DNA of 64,000 nucleotides from Eledone cirrhosa (taxonomy: Eukaryota), in NCBI GenBank assembly GCA_964016885.1, contig OZ024740.1, forward strand, positions 201,996,001 through 202,060,000, given 5' to 3'. Below the pieces are notes generated by a model. The model was given only the letters and a program-made list of their open reading frames with translations. It did not search any database and was not told the DNA's origin. Made by a program: the position numbers and the translations under genes. Shown one piece after another: positions 12,074 to 23,178 of this stretch. The stretch's first letter is position 1. Every line of letters begins with the position of its first letter.

Positions 12074-13753
12074 TTTCTATTTATTGCAACGAGGGCGCAA
12101 AAGAAGGGGACAAATACAAGGGGGGAGTTTACACAAAAAGGCGAGTAAAGAAAACAAATAACAAATATAAAATTAACAATAAAGTCCTCAATAGGGAGGA
12201 GGCGTTTTGGGGGGGTCGCACACACACCCGAAAAAAGTGTGCAACCCTTCTCCTCAGGAGCACAAAGAGAGGGTGCTCCCTCGTTCCTTCATCTTTTCCA
12301 TCTACCTGCTGATGTAGAGAGAAGGCCCATTCACATGGGCCATTCTCGCCACTTTCACCCACCTTTCATAAAAACTACTGGGGTGGAGCACCTCTCTCTC
12401 CATCCTGATCCTTCTTCCGAAATGATATCGGAAGAAACGGATCAGTTGTTGGCCAGAGAGAAAGGTGATTGACCTCAGTCCTTTCAGACGCGTCCACCAT
12501 ACAACCTCTTTCGCCATGGCTTTTACGCACAGAAACACCGCCTCTCCTTCATTTTTGAAGGGGGGGAGGCAGCTTAATCGTTACAATGGGTTCGGTGGTC
12601 AACCGAATCGGTCTCACCCGTGATAGCAGTCGTTCGACATAGCCCCACAGATCGACTACGCCCGAGCAGTGTACCAATGCGTGTGCAATGGTTTCCTCGT
12701 CACACACGAATCTGGGACAGATCTTTTTGGCGGGGTCCCTACCCGGACGCCCGTGTCTGTAGAGCTTTTCTCGAACGGGTAGAGCCCCTCGATAGCACTG
12801 CCAGGCTAGGGACTTCTGGAAGTTGTCCATAGGTCCCGGGCTGAATGTCCTACCGAACAGGCTGGCCAGTTCGTTTTCCTCCATGTCTAGGGCTTCTCCA
12901 AGGGCGTTGTCGCACCTGCTGCATACCAGCCCTCTATAGAATGACGAGGTGGAGTCTCCACTGATAACCGGGTCCACTTGCCAGAGGGCCGTGAGCGCCT
13001 GGGCACACTCAGTGTGCCAGGCGCCCAGTTTTCTCGGTCTTTGCTTGACCCAGGATTGCAGCTCGGTGAGTGAGATGAGTCTGGGAAAAGTTCATCTCAC
13101 AAACGGAGCCCACACCGGTTGACCGGTGAGGAATACGTGGAGGTGCCGTAGCCTTAATGCGTGTTTACGCATCATTAGCCACGGCATCCCCAGCCCTCCT
13201 TTCGAAGGGTGTTGACAGCAGATGGATCTCCTCACCAAAGGAATTGGAAGAGTGCGCGCTCCATCTTGGTGAGGGTTTCCCTTGGGCAAGGCACAACGGT
13301 CAGGCGGTAGTAGATGACGGACACTATATAGGTGTTCGCCACCTCCGCCCGACCTTTTAGGGATAGTTTGCAACTGGCCCACTTCTGAGTCAGTGCAAAC
13401 ACCCTGTTCGTAACCTCACTCCAGTTCTTCTCCACCTGGAGGTCTGGTCCGAACCAGACCCCGAGCAACTTCACCGGGCCCTCCGTCCAGCGTCCGACGA
13501 CGCCATCAAGGGCATCAGTTTGCCCCTCCACGTGCCGAGTTGCAAACCAATCGAATTGTCCCGGTTCAGCTTAGCCCCTGTAAACCTTTCGTACTCCTCC
13601 AGTAAGGTGCCGACCGCCCCGATTTCGGAGGCCGTCGACACCATTACTGTCACGTCATCGGCGTAGGCCGACACCGCTTTCCGCAATCCCTGTTCCAAAG
13701 GGATGCCCTGCAACAACTCCAACTTCCGCAGCAGTGGCTCGAGAGTCAATACA
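12074..13753 (-). mobile_element. Tx1/L1-type LINE E1, 5'-truncated and frameshifted
   Basis: TLEPLLRKL...AYADDVTV (RT), GLGMPWL, C-terminal finger region, stop at 12302, and a 3' UTR ending AATAAATAGAAA. Closest to E5. Confidence 0.92.
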
Positions 13754-14105
13754 GTGTCTAATTAATATACGTACTTTCTAATTGATATACACACATATAC
13801 ACTTTAATTAATACACAGATACAGTGTCTAATTAATATACATACTGTTTAATTAATATACAAATTATCTAATATATACACTGTCTAATATATACACACTG
13901 TCTAATACACACACACTGTCTAATATACACACTGTCTAATATACACACTGTCTAATATACACAATGTCTAATATATACACTGTCTAATATACACACTGTC
14001 TAATATATACACTGTCTAATATATACACTGTCTAATATACACACTCTAATATATACACACTGTCTAATATATACACTGTCTAATATACACAGTCTAATAT
14101 ATACA
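13754..14105 (+). repeat. Satellite block A (TGTCTAATATACACAC, degenerate on the left)
   Basis: 14/16-bp monomers; TGTCTAATTAATATAC variants at the left edge. Confidence 0.9.
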
Positions 14106-14123
14106 GGATTTTATATCTATCTA

Positions 14124-14357
14124 TTTTTCCTTTGTGTGATAGCGATGGTGAAAGAGGTTGTATTGAGGAAAGGGGTACAAACTCTGGAGATGAGGGTTGC
14201 ACATTTTTCGGGGGGGGGGGGGTGTTACCCATATGTAATGTCTCCCCCTATTGGGGAAAGTCGACTAATTTTTAAATTGCATTTGTGATAATATTTTACA
14301 CGTTTTTATTGTATGTAAACTTCCTTCTTTTGTGCCACTGTGGCTAATAAAGAAACA
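14124..14357 (+). mobile_element. Short 3'-end Tx1-type copy with internal deletions
   Basis: Matches E3 at 30985-31023 and 31240-31457; flanked by TATCTATCTA (14114-14123) and (TATC)4. Confidence 0.85.
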
Positions 14358-14527
14358 TATCTATCTATCTATCTGCCTGGCGCGTGGAACATCGGCAGTA
14401 AGATTTTTTGTAGATTAACCCCCAAGCTGAATTGTCAACTGGGTGGTAATCCCATTTTCGCACCTAAAGGGGCGAAAATTTTATTTAAAAATTGTTTTAA
14501 AAAATCAAATTTTGCCAACTATAAAAC

Positions 14528-16327
14528 ATGAATAACTCGAAAAGAATGCTAAAGAACGTCGAGAGAGGGAAAGAGGCAGATATTAACGTTATATCTGCTT
14601 CTGCTACTATGGACGTCGTTATGGATACGACTGTCAACAAAGAGAAAAAAATACCACTTGAAGATTTTAAAATTTCTACTGTTGAAGCGGAGAAAAATAA
14701 CAATAACACTACAGGAATTAAACCTATTAATATACATATACATGAAAAAGACAACATCAACAACTCTACAGATACATCTACACATAAAGTTTCACCTCGT
14801 CAAGGAATTGAGATTTCCAACACCGAGGCTAACAACGATAACAGCAACACCACACACAAAAAAATGTCTTTCGCTGAAACAGTGAATAAAAAACAAGATT
14901 TTATAAATCTTGACATCTCCAATGCAAGAGATATGCTCCAGCAACGGAGAAAATTTGTAACTTTCGAAGACAAGGGTGGGTTTAGAATTAACTCACCCCT
15001 CGAAATAAAAGAAGACACAGTTCGAAGGACAGTGACCTTCGGGACTGTATCCAATACAACGAGAAAACCGATATTTGTTAGTCAAGGAGATATAGAAGCC
15101 AACTTGAAGGAAATTCTAGCAAATGTTGACTTTCTCCAACGAGGAAAACAGTACGGAAGTGTTTCCGTACTGTTTAAAAGCGAGGCACTCGCCCAAAAAC
15201 ATTCTGTGACGCCAATGGTGTCAAAAGCATTCAACGTTTTCCCTAGATACATGGGAAAAAGGACACAAAAAATAAAAATATAAAATATACCACCAAACAT
15301 TAACATCTGGTGGATCTTGGCTGGCTTCGTAGAGCCAGAGACTGATATTATTCTTTCGATACGAAAGTCTATTAGACAAAGGTGGGCGGGTACTGATTTG
15401 GAGATTCTGATACAAATGAAGCCGGAGAGAATCTCCAAAATACCCGAAAAATCGTCATCGACGACAACAAAATAAACATTTCGGTAGAAGGGCGTAAATT
15501 TCATTGCTTTCGCTGTGGTAGCACAGCACACCTAAAAGCCCCCTGTCCTTCACAAACACACCACAACAACATCATTAAAAAAACACTATTACCAACACCA
15601 AAACAACCACCACAAGTACAACAACAGACAAAACGAGCAACCACACCAAAACAAACAGCTACTCAACCAACAACAGAAAAACAGAGACAACACCCCTGAA
15701 GAACACAGCCCCACCCCATCCCACTCCATCAAACACACACACCGAAACACCACCACTACACAACATACCCTACCCCATACTCCTGACGATGATTATTCAC
15801 CAACTTTAAGTGAAGAAGAGGGAGAGCCGCGGAAATCTAAAAAACAAAAAAAAAGACACCACAAAACTCCAATCACCAACGCACAACCACAGACAAAGAA
15901 CAACACAAACAACACCACAGTCAAACATCCCCCTACCAGCAAAACCAACACCAACACCACCCCAAACACAAGCACCCACCATAAAAAGAAAACTCTCGGA
16001 CGAACAACAAACTAAAACAACAACAAAAACACAAACAACAATACGCATACATCAACACAAAGAACAAGAGTCTGATGGCGGTCATCTCCCAAAACCCCAA
16101 GGTGGAGACGGAGGGCAAAACTTTCGTCAATAGCAGAATCGTCTCCACACCTTAAACTTATAAGGGTTTCTATGGAAACCTATAATGACCTGAAAAATAA
16201 ATTTTCACAGGACGTGGGCAAGCCCTGCCAGAAACCCATCAACCGCGTCCTGTTAAAATGTTTCCCCACCCCATCCAGCACCCAAATGGAGATTCAACAA
16301 CCCGATCTCCAGGAAACGAAAAGGTAA
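14528..16327 (+). pseudogene. E2 ORF1 (Gag-like nucleic-acid chaperone with CCHC knuckle), disrupted
   Basis: ORF 14528-15283 continues through stops and frameshifts. CFRCGSTAHLKAPC near 15505, a Q/T/P-rich tail, ending MEIQQPDLQETKR*. Homologous to the E3, E4 and E5 ORF1s. Confidence 0.85.
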
Positions 16328-16368
16328 GTACACCTTTCGTCCCTTTTCTCCAACTCTTCTTCACCAAC

Positions 16369-19300
16369 ATGGCTAGTTTACGAGTTGGAACCGTGAACGT
16401 GCGTGGCCTAGGGATGCCCTGGAAACAGGGCCAACTTTTAAACGACCTTAGGGCACACAGTATGGATGTGATAGCCATCACCGAGTCCAGGATTCACAAC
16501 AGGCAGCAACTAACCCCCATCTTCGACGACTTTAAGATCTACGCATCTCTCTGTTAGCCAAGGGGTGGAGGTGGAGTGGCTGTCATGTTTAGGAAGAACC
16601 TGGACGTTGAAGTACAGCAAGTACACTTGGACCCGGAGGGTAGACTGGTAGTCCTAGACGTGAACAGTATTGGAGGTGGAGCCTTCAGACTGGTGGCCGT
16701 TTATGCCCCGACTGGGCAATCGCAATCACGGCCAGACTTCTTTAAGCGTCTAGAGTCTTTTCTGGGAACGTCTCGTTCCTTACTTTTAGTGGGAGACTGG
16801 AATAGTATCCTAGATGCACGATGGGACTATGTGGGAGCATGTCCCAGTAGAGGGAGGTGCAACAGTCTCCAAACTTTAATCGGCCGATTCCAACTGGCCG
16901 ATAGGTATCGACTGGATTTCCCGACTGCACCACAGTGGACGTGGGCAAACCGCAGCGGGACATATAGATCGTATTTAGAAAGGTTCTTCATTAGAGAAAG
17001 GGACAAGGAGATGTTAAGCTGTCCACGAATGCACATGTTTGCCTATTCAGATCACAAATTAGTCGTCTGCATAGTCAACCGTGACAGAACACATAGACAG
17101 GGACCCGGATACTGGAAGCTAAACGTGTCGTTGCCGGCACGTAAAGCTTACAGTGAACGGATAAGTAGACTAGTCAAGCAACAGTTAACGGGAGCCATCG
17201 TCATCAATAGCTGGTGGTACTCTCTCAAGAAAGCAATTAGAGTAGAATCGATAGGGTTTAGCAGAAAGTTAGCCTTAGAGAAAAACAAAGTAGAAAGAGA
17301 ACTAGTAGCCAAGGTAGAGGAGGCATTTAGAAGTGGCAACGCGGCTAGAGTGTTATAGCGTCGAGAACGGCACTGGACCAGTTCTTCGATGCGAAATACG
17401 AAAGCTGCGTGGTCAGAAGCAAAACACGTGCTCTGGGAAACGAAGGAGCGAAAGCTCTCAGCTGGGCCCGAGTGGCGGAGGCAAAAAGTGGCAACAAGTC
17501 CACGATTCGGTCTTTGAAAGACCAAAACGGAGGCGTGCTACTTGACCCCAAGCAAATGTGGGCGGCCTTTCAGCAGCACTTTGCGCGACTGTTTGAACAG
17601 AACGACGGTGAGCCGAACGGGGCAATGGACTTTAGTTCATATCTCGACGGCCTGCCGCGTCTCTCGAACACGGACGCCGAGTTCTGCGACAGACCGATCA
17701 CGGGCACTGAGGCACTGAAATACGGGACGCTCTGGGCCGCTGCGGGAAACGCAAGTCACTCGGTCTAGATGGTCTACCCTATGAGTTTTACATAGGCATG
17801 CCGGACTTGTTCTCTGGCGTCCTCGAAGCCGTCTACTGCAATTGGCAGCAGAACGGGAGAATTCCCAGTTCTGCAGGCAAGGACGTAGTAACGCTGATCA
17901 GGAAAGATGAGAACAAGGGGGACGAAATTAACAACTTCAGGCCCATAACTCTGCTCAACACAGAGTTAAAGATTTTGGCCAAGGTGCTAGCGACGAGGTT
18001 GGCGCTTGTCGTCGAGAACCTGGTAGGGAAAGCGCAAACGTGTGCAATCCCGACCAGGTCTATACACGACAACCTCCACCTCATGCGATACATCATAGAG
18101 AGGATGGGTATTAAACCCGGCTTCGGTGGGGCTCTGATCAATTTGGATTAGTCTAAGGCATTCGATAGGGTCGACCATCGATACTTGGAAGCGGTTCTCA
18201 AGGCGGCCGGTTTCGATCCCGTTTTCAGAGCCCGGATCGAGGCGATGCACACCAGCATCTGCTTGAGGGTCAAGGTGAACAGCTACCTATCGGAGCCGTT
18301 CGCAATCACGCGTTCCATTCGACAGGGGTGCCCTCTCTCCTCCATTCTGTATGTATTGACTCTAGATCCACTACTGCGGAAATTGGAGCTGTTGCAGGGC
18401 ATCCCTCTAGAACCGGGACTGCGCAAAGCGGCGTCGACTTATGCCGACGACGTGACGGTAATGGTGTCGAGCACCTCGGAAATCGGGGTGATCGGCAACT
18501 TACTGAAAGAATACGAAACGCTGACGGGAGCAAAACTAAACCCGGACAAGTCTGTCGGGTTGCAACTCGGTACGTGCAGAGGCAAACCGTTGACGTCCGA
18601 CAGCGTCGTTGGACGCTGGACGGATGGACCGGTGAAATTGCTCGGGTTCTGGTTCGGTTCAGACCTCCAGGTGGAGAAAAACTGGAACGAGGTCACGGCC
18701 AAGGTGTTTGCACCACTCAGAAGTGGGCAGAGTGCAAACTGTCCTTGAAAGGTCGAGCGGAGGTGGCGAACACTTTCATAGCGTCCGTCATCTACTACCG
18801 CTTGACTGTCGTACCTTGTCCCCGTGAACACCTCGCCAAGATGGAACGCATGTTCTTCCAGTTTCTGTGGAAGAAGCAGGCTCCGCTGGTGAGGAGATCC
18901 GTCTGCTGTCAGCACCCTTCCAACGGAGGGCTGGGCATGCCGTGGCTGATGGTGCGCAAACATGCGCTGAGACTGCGGCATCTCCAGGTATTCCTCGCCG
19001 ACCCCCAACCGGTGTGGCCACCGTTTGTGAGACAAGCTTTTCCACAGCTCATCTCGCTGACGGAGCTGCAGTCCTGGGTCAAGAAAAGACCGAAAACGAT
19101 GGGCGCCTGGCACATTGAATGCGCCCAGGCGCTCACAGTCCTCTGGCAAGCGGGCGCAGCAATCAGTGGAGACTCCACTTCGACATTCTATAGAGGGATT
19201 GTACGTTACAAGGGCGACGACGTGCTCTGAGAGACTCGTCGAAGACGATGAGCTCACCAGTCTGTTTGGTAGGACTTTCCGCCCGGGACCTATGAACAAC

Positions 19301-19818
19301 TTCCAGAGGTCCCTGGCCTGGCAGTGCTACCGAGGAGCTCTACCGGTTCGTGACAAGATCTACAGGCACGGACGCCCTGGCAGAGATCCTTCCAAGAGGA
19401 CGTGTCCAAGATGTGCGCAGGACATTGAAACAGTTCTGCACGCAATTGTACACTGCCCGGGCGTAAGCGACCTGTGGAACTATGCAGAACAACTGCTGTC
19501 GCGTATGAGACAAATCCAGTTGACTGCCGAGTCCATAGTAAGGATCAAACCGCCAGACTCTTTCAAAAACGAAAGAGAGGCGGTTTTCCTCTGTACGTGG
19601 CTATGGTGAAAGAAGTTATATGGTGGACGAGGTTGAGAGGACTGAGGACAGATGCCTTTCTCTCCGGACAACAATTGTTTCCCTTCTTTAAGTATCACTT
19701 TAGAAGGAGAATCAGGGTGGAGAGAGAGGCACTGCACCCCAATAAATTTACTGAAAGGTGGGTGAATGAAGCGAAAATGGCCCGAGTGATTGGGCCTTCT
19801 CTGTTTATAAGCCTATAG
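16369..19818 (+). pseudogene. E2 ORF2 (APE endonuclease, reverse transcriptase, Cys/His finger), disrupted
   Basis: NVRGL, E, GDWN, SDH, GYWKLN, FRPITLLN, KAFDRVDH, RQGCPLS, YADD, CPRC..ET..H...HC; several internal stops and frameshifts. Confidence 0.95.
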
Positions 19819-20050
19819 GTTAAAGAAGAGAGCAAAAGGAAGAAAGGAGCACTTGCACAACACGCTCCTGGAGTTGAGGGTTGTTCTATCGACGGGGTAT
19901 TAAACAACCCATTTGTGGCGCCTCCCCCTATTGGGGATTTTGATTGTTGAAATTGTTTGTTTTTATATTTTTTACACGACTGTATGTAAAATCCCCGGCA
20001 TGTCTTTGTATTGTCCCCTTTCTTGTTGCGCCCTTGTGGCTAATAAAGAA

Positions 20051-20051
<1 letters not shown>

Positions 20052-20092
<41 letters not shown>

Positions 20093-20105
20093 TTATCTCT
20101 CTATC
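20052..20105 (+). repeat. (TATC)n microsatellite spacer between E2 and E3
   Basis: About 13 TCTA/TATC units, the last few imperfect. Confidence 0.95.
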
Positions 20106-22946
20106 GGACGTGCGGCAAATCGCTGGTAAGTTTTTATAAAATTTTCAATACAAAAACAGAATTTATTGTGTAAAAATTTATATTGTTTGATAGATTAACA
20201 CCCAGGCTGAAATGTCAGCTGGGTGGTAATCATAGTTTTCGACCCACAGGGGCTGAAAATTAATTTTTAAAAATTGACAAGTTTTTTAAATTTTCATAAC
20301 TTTAACAATGTGTGACTTACAACGAACGCTAGACTGCGAGAAGAGAAGGAAAGAGACAGATATAAACGTTATATCTCCCTCTATTTCCATAGAAGTATCT
20401 ATGGAAACGAACAACAACAAAATTTCGTTTCGTAAAGAAATGAATATTTACACAAAAGATGAAAATAACAGCCCACAATAGACACCAAAAAAAAAAACAC
20501 AGAAACTGCTGTAATTGAAATAATTGACACAACTACACACGAAAAAACAAACAACAACACCAATAAGATGAAAATGTGAACAACACCAACCAGAACAACA
20601 ACAACAATGATAGCAACAACACCAACAACAACAACAGCAACACGTACAACTCCTCAAACAAGGAAAAGATTTCCTTTGCTCAAACCGTCCAAAAGACGGA
20701 ACTGTTTACATACCTTGACATTTCCAATGCTAGGGAGCTGTTAAGTGATGCAAAGCAGTATGTAACTTTTGGTGAGAGTGGTGCTTTCAGCATCACTTCT
20801 CAACAGTTACGTAGAGAAACTATCCTAAAAACAGTAATTTTTAGGACAGTTTCAAATGTGTCAAAAAAACCAGCCCAATTATCCCAAAACGACATTGAAC
20901 TGTTTCTGAAAAATTCAATAAAGGATATTGCCTTCATCCAAAAAGTAAACTTTTGGGAAGCATTTCGGTGTTGATGAAAAACCAATTGACGGCACAGAAA
21001 TATTCTGTGTCGCCGATTGTGTCGCCCCTTTACACCTTTTTCCCCACATATATGGGAAAAAGAACCCTGAAGATTAAAATTTCGAACATTTCACCAAATG
21101 TAAACGTCTGGTGGATTTTGACTGGCTTCATCGATTTCGATGAAGACACCATCATTTCAGTGGGAAAGTCCTCCAGAGGCACATTCAATGGTACCAGCCT
21201 GGAAGTTCTGGTCCAAATAAGGCCAGAATGGATAGCTAAAATACCCCAACGTGTGCCTCTGGATGGAATTTCATTCATAAACATTTCTGTTGAGGTAGGC
21301 GGCCTTCATGTTACCACTGTTTAAGCAGTGGTCACCTGACGGCTTACTGTCCTCAGCTAGCTGCAAAAAAAAGAGGCACTACTGCCAACACCCAAAACAC
21401 CAACACAACCACCACCACCACCACCACAACAACAACAACAACAACAACAACACGCAAATATAACCAAAACAAGAACAACAAACCAAACTGCAAGCACAGT
21501 CCCACCCAACCCCACTCCACCTAAAACCACTGCAAAAACACCCACAAACACAACAGCTCCCCAAAACATACCCCTTCCAAATAACACAGACACCACAACG
21601 GACGAGGCCCCCTCACCATCACTAAGTGACGATGAGGGACAGCCTCTCCGTTCGAAAAGAAAGAAGAAAAGACAGCACAAGAACAAAAAAGCAACAAACA
21701 TTACTACAAACATACAACTACCAACACAAACATTACAAACAACCCCCTCCCCCCGTCCTTCGGGGGGGAGGGGGTTGTTTGTAATGTTTGTGTTGGTGGT
21801 TGCAAAAGCACGACATCACTCCAAACACAAACACCTACAACAAAACGAAAGCTCACACAAGAACAACAGACAAAAACCAACACAATACAAAAAGAACATT
21901 ACACATACATAAACAGTGAAAACAAAACTTTAATGGAGGTCATCTCCCACGACCCTTCGGTGAAAACCGAAGGGAAAACTTTTTCGAACTGTGCAGAGAG
22001 ACCTAATTTAAAGATGATTAGGGTCCCTACGGACACCTATAAGTCTTTAAAGGAAAACTTTCCTAAGGACGTGGGTAATCCTTGTGTTAAACCCATTAAC
22101 CGCGTCCTTTTAAAATGTTTCCCCACCCTCACCCAGACACCCCCGCCCCATCAGACACCCCCTTCCCACCAAACATCTCCGTCACCACCCCGCCGGAAAC
22201 CACCACTCACCCAAACAACCCCTCCAACACCGCCATGGAAATCGTGCAGCCTGGTCCCAAGGAGACGAAGAGGTGAGTGATTTCTTTTCCTCTTCTTTTA
22301 ATTTTTCAGCACCAACATGGCCAATATAAGAGTTTGGATGTGTGAATGTACGCGGCCTGTGGATGCCCTGGAAACAGGGCAAACTCTTAAACGATCTCAG
22401 GCCGCACAGTATGGATGTAGTAGCCATTTGCGAGTCCAGAATCCACAACGAGCGACAGCTGGTCCCCATCTTCGACGACTTTGAGATATACGCATCTCTC
22501 TGTCAGCCGGGAGGTGGGGGTGGGGTTGCCGTTTTGCTGCGGAAACACCTGGACATCGTAACACAGACGATACATCTGGACCCGGAGGGTCGACTGGTGG
22601 TCCTAGACGTTGACGGTAGTGAAGGTGGAGTCTTCAGGCTGGTGATCGCATATGCCCCATACGGGACACTGCGGCCAGACTTCTTCAAACGTCTAGAGAC
22701 TTTTCTGGGAACGTCCCGCTTCTTGCTTTTAGTGGGGGACTGGAATGGAATCCTAGATGCACGTTGGAACTATGTGGGAGCATGTCCCGATAAAGGGGGT
22801 GTAACAGCCTCAAACAGTTAATCGGCGATTTGACCTGGCCGATAGATATCGACTAGATTTTCCGACTGTGCCACTGTGGACGTGGACTAATCGCAGCGGA
22901 ACATCTAGATCGTACCTAGATAGGGTTCTAGTTAGAAATAAAGATA
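20106..22946 (+). mobile_element. Tx1/L1-type LINE E3, 5' half (5' UTR, ORF1 about 20308-22276, ORF2 endonuclease from 22317)
   Basis: ORF1 with CYHCLSSGHLTAYC knuckle; endonuclease motifs up to SYLDRVLVRNKD, where it is interrupted by E4. Confidence 0.92.
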
Positions 22947-23178
22947 ATTTTTTTTATTAGCCACAAGGGCACAAAAGAATGGGACAAATACAAATGGGGA
23001 GTTTACATACAGGCATATGAAAATAAAACTATTAATAAAATAACAAATAACAATTGATATCCCCAATAGAGGGGAGGTGTTACACAGGGGTTGTACACAC
23101 CCCCAAAAATGTACAACCTTCTTCTCCAGGAGCACCAACAGTGAGTACTCCCTTCCTCTCTTCCCCTTTTTCCTCAAC

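Larger units (their letters stand above)
14375..20051 (+). mobile_element. Tx1/L1-type LINE E2, full length (about 5.7 kb)
   Basis: 5' UTR, ORF1, spacer, ORF2 and a 3' UTR ending AATAAAGAAA; TATC repeats on both sides. Confidence 0.95.

Noticed and set aside
14375-14412. Spliced-leader RNA gene (short leader + GTAAG + ATTTTTTG Sm-like site)
   Set aside because: Leader sequences differ between copies, the Sm-like site is not conserved, and the region is integral to the LINE 5' end.
18328-19299. Long alternative-frame and antisense ORFs (286-301 aa) over ORF2
   Set aside because: These are by-products of GC-rich coding sequence and frameshifts; the genuine parts are ORF2 fragments.
22932-23177. 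Third ORF in the LINE 3' UTR (LRKKGKRGREYSLLVLL...)
   Set aside because: Frame and length are not conserved between subfamilies (it stops early in E2 and is shifted in E1 and E5). The conservation is better explained by RNA hairpins.
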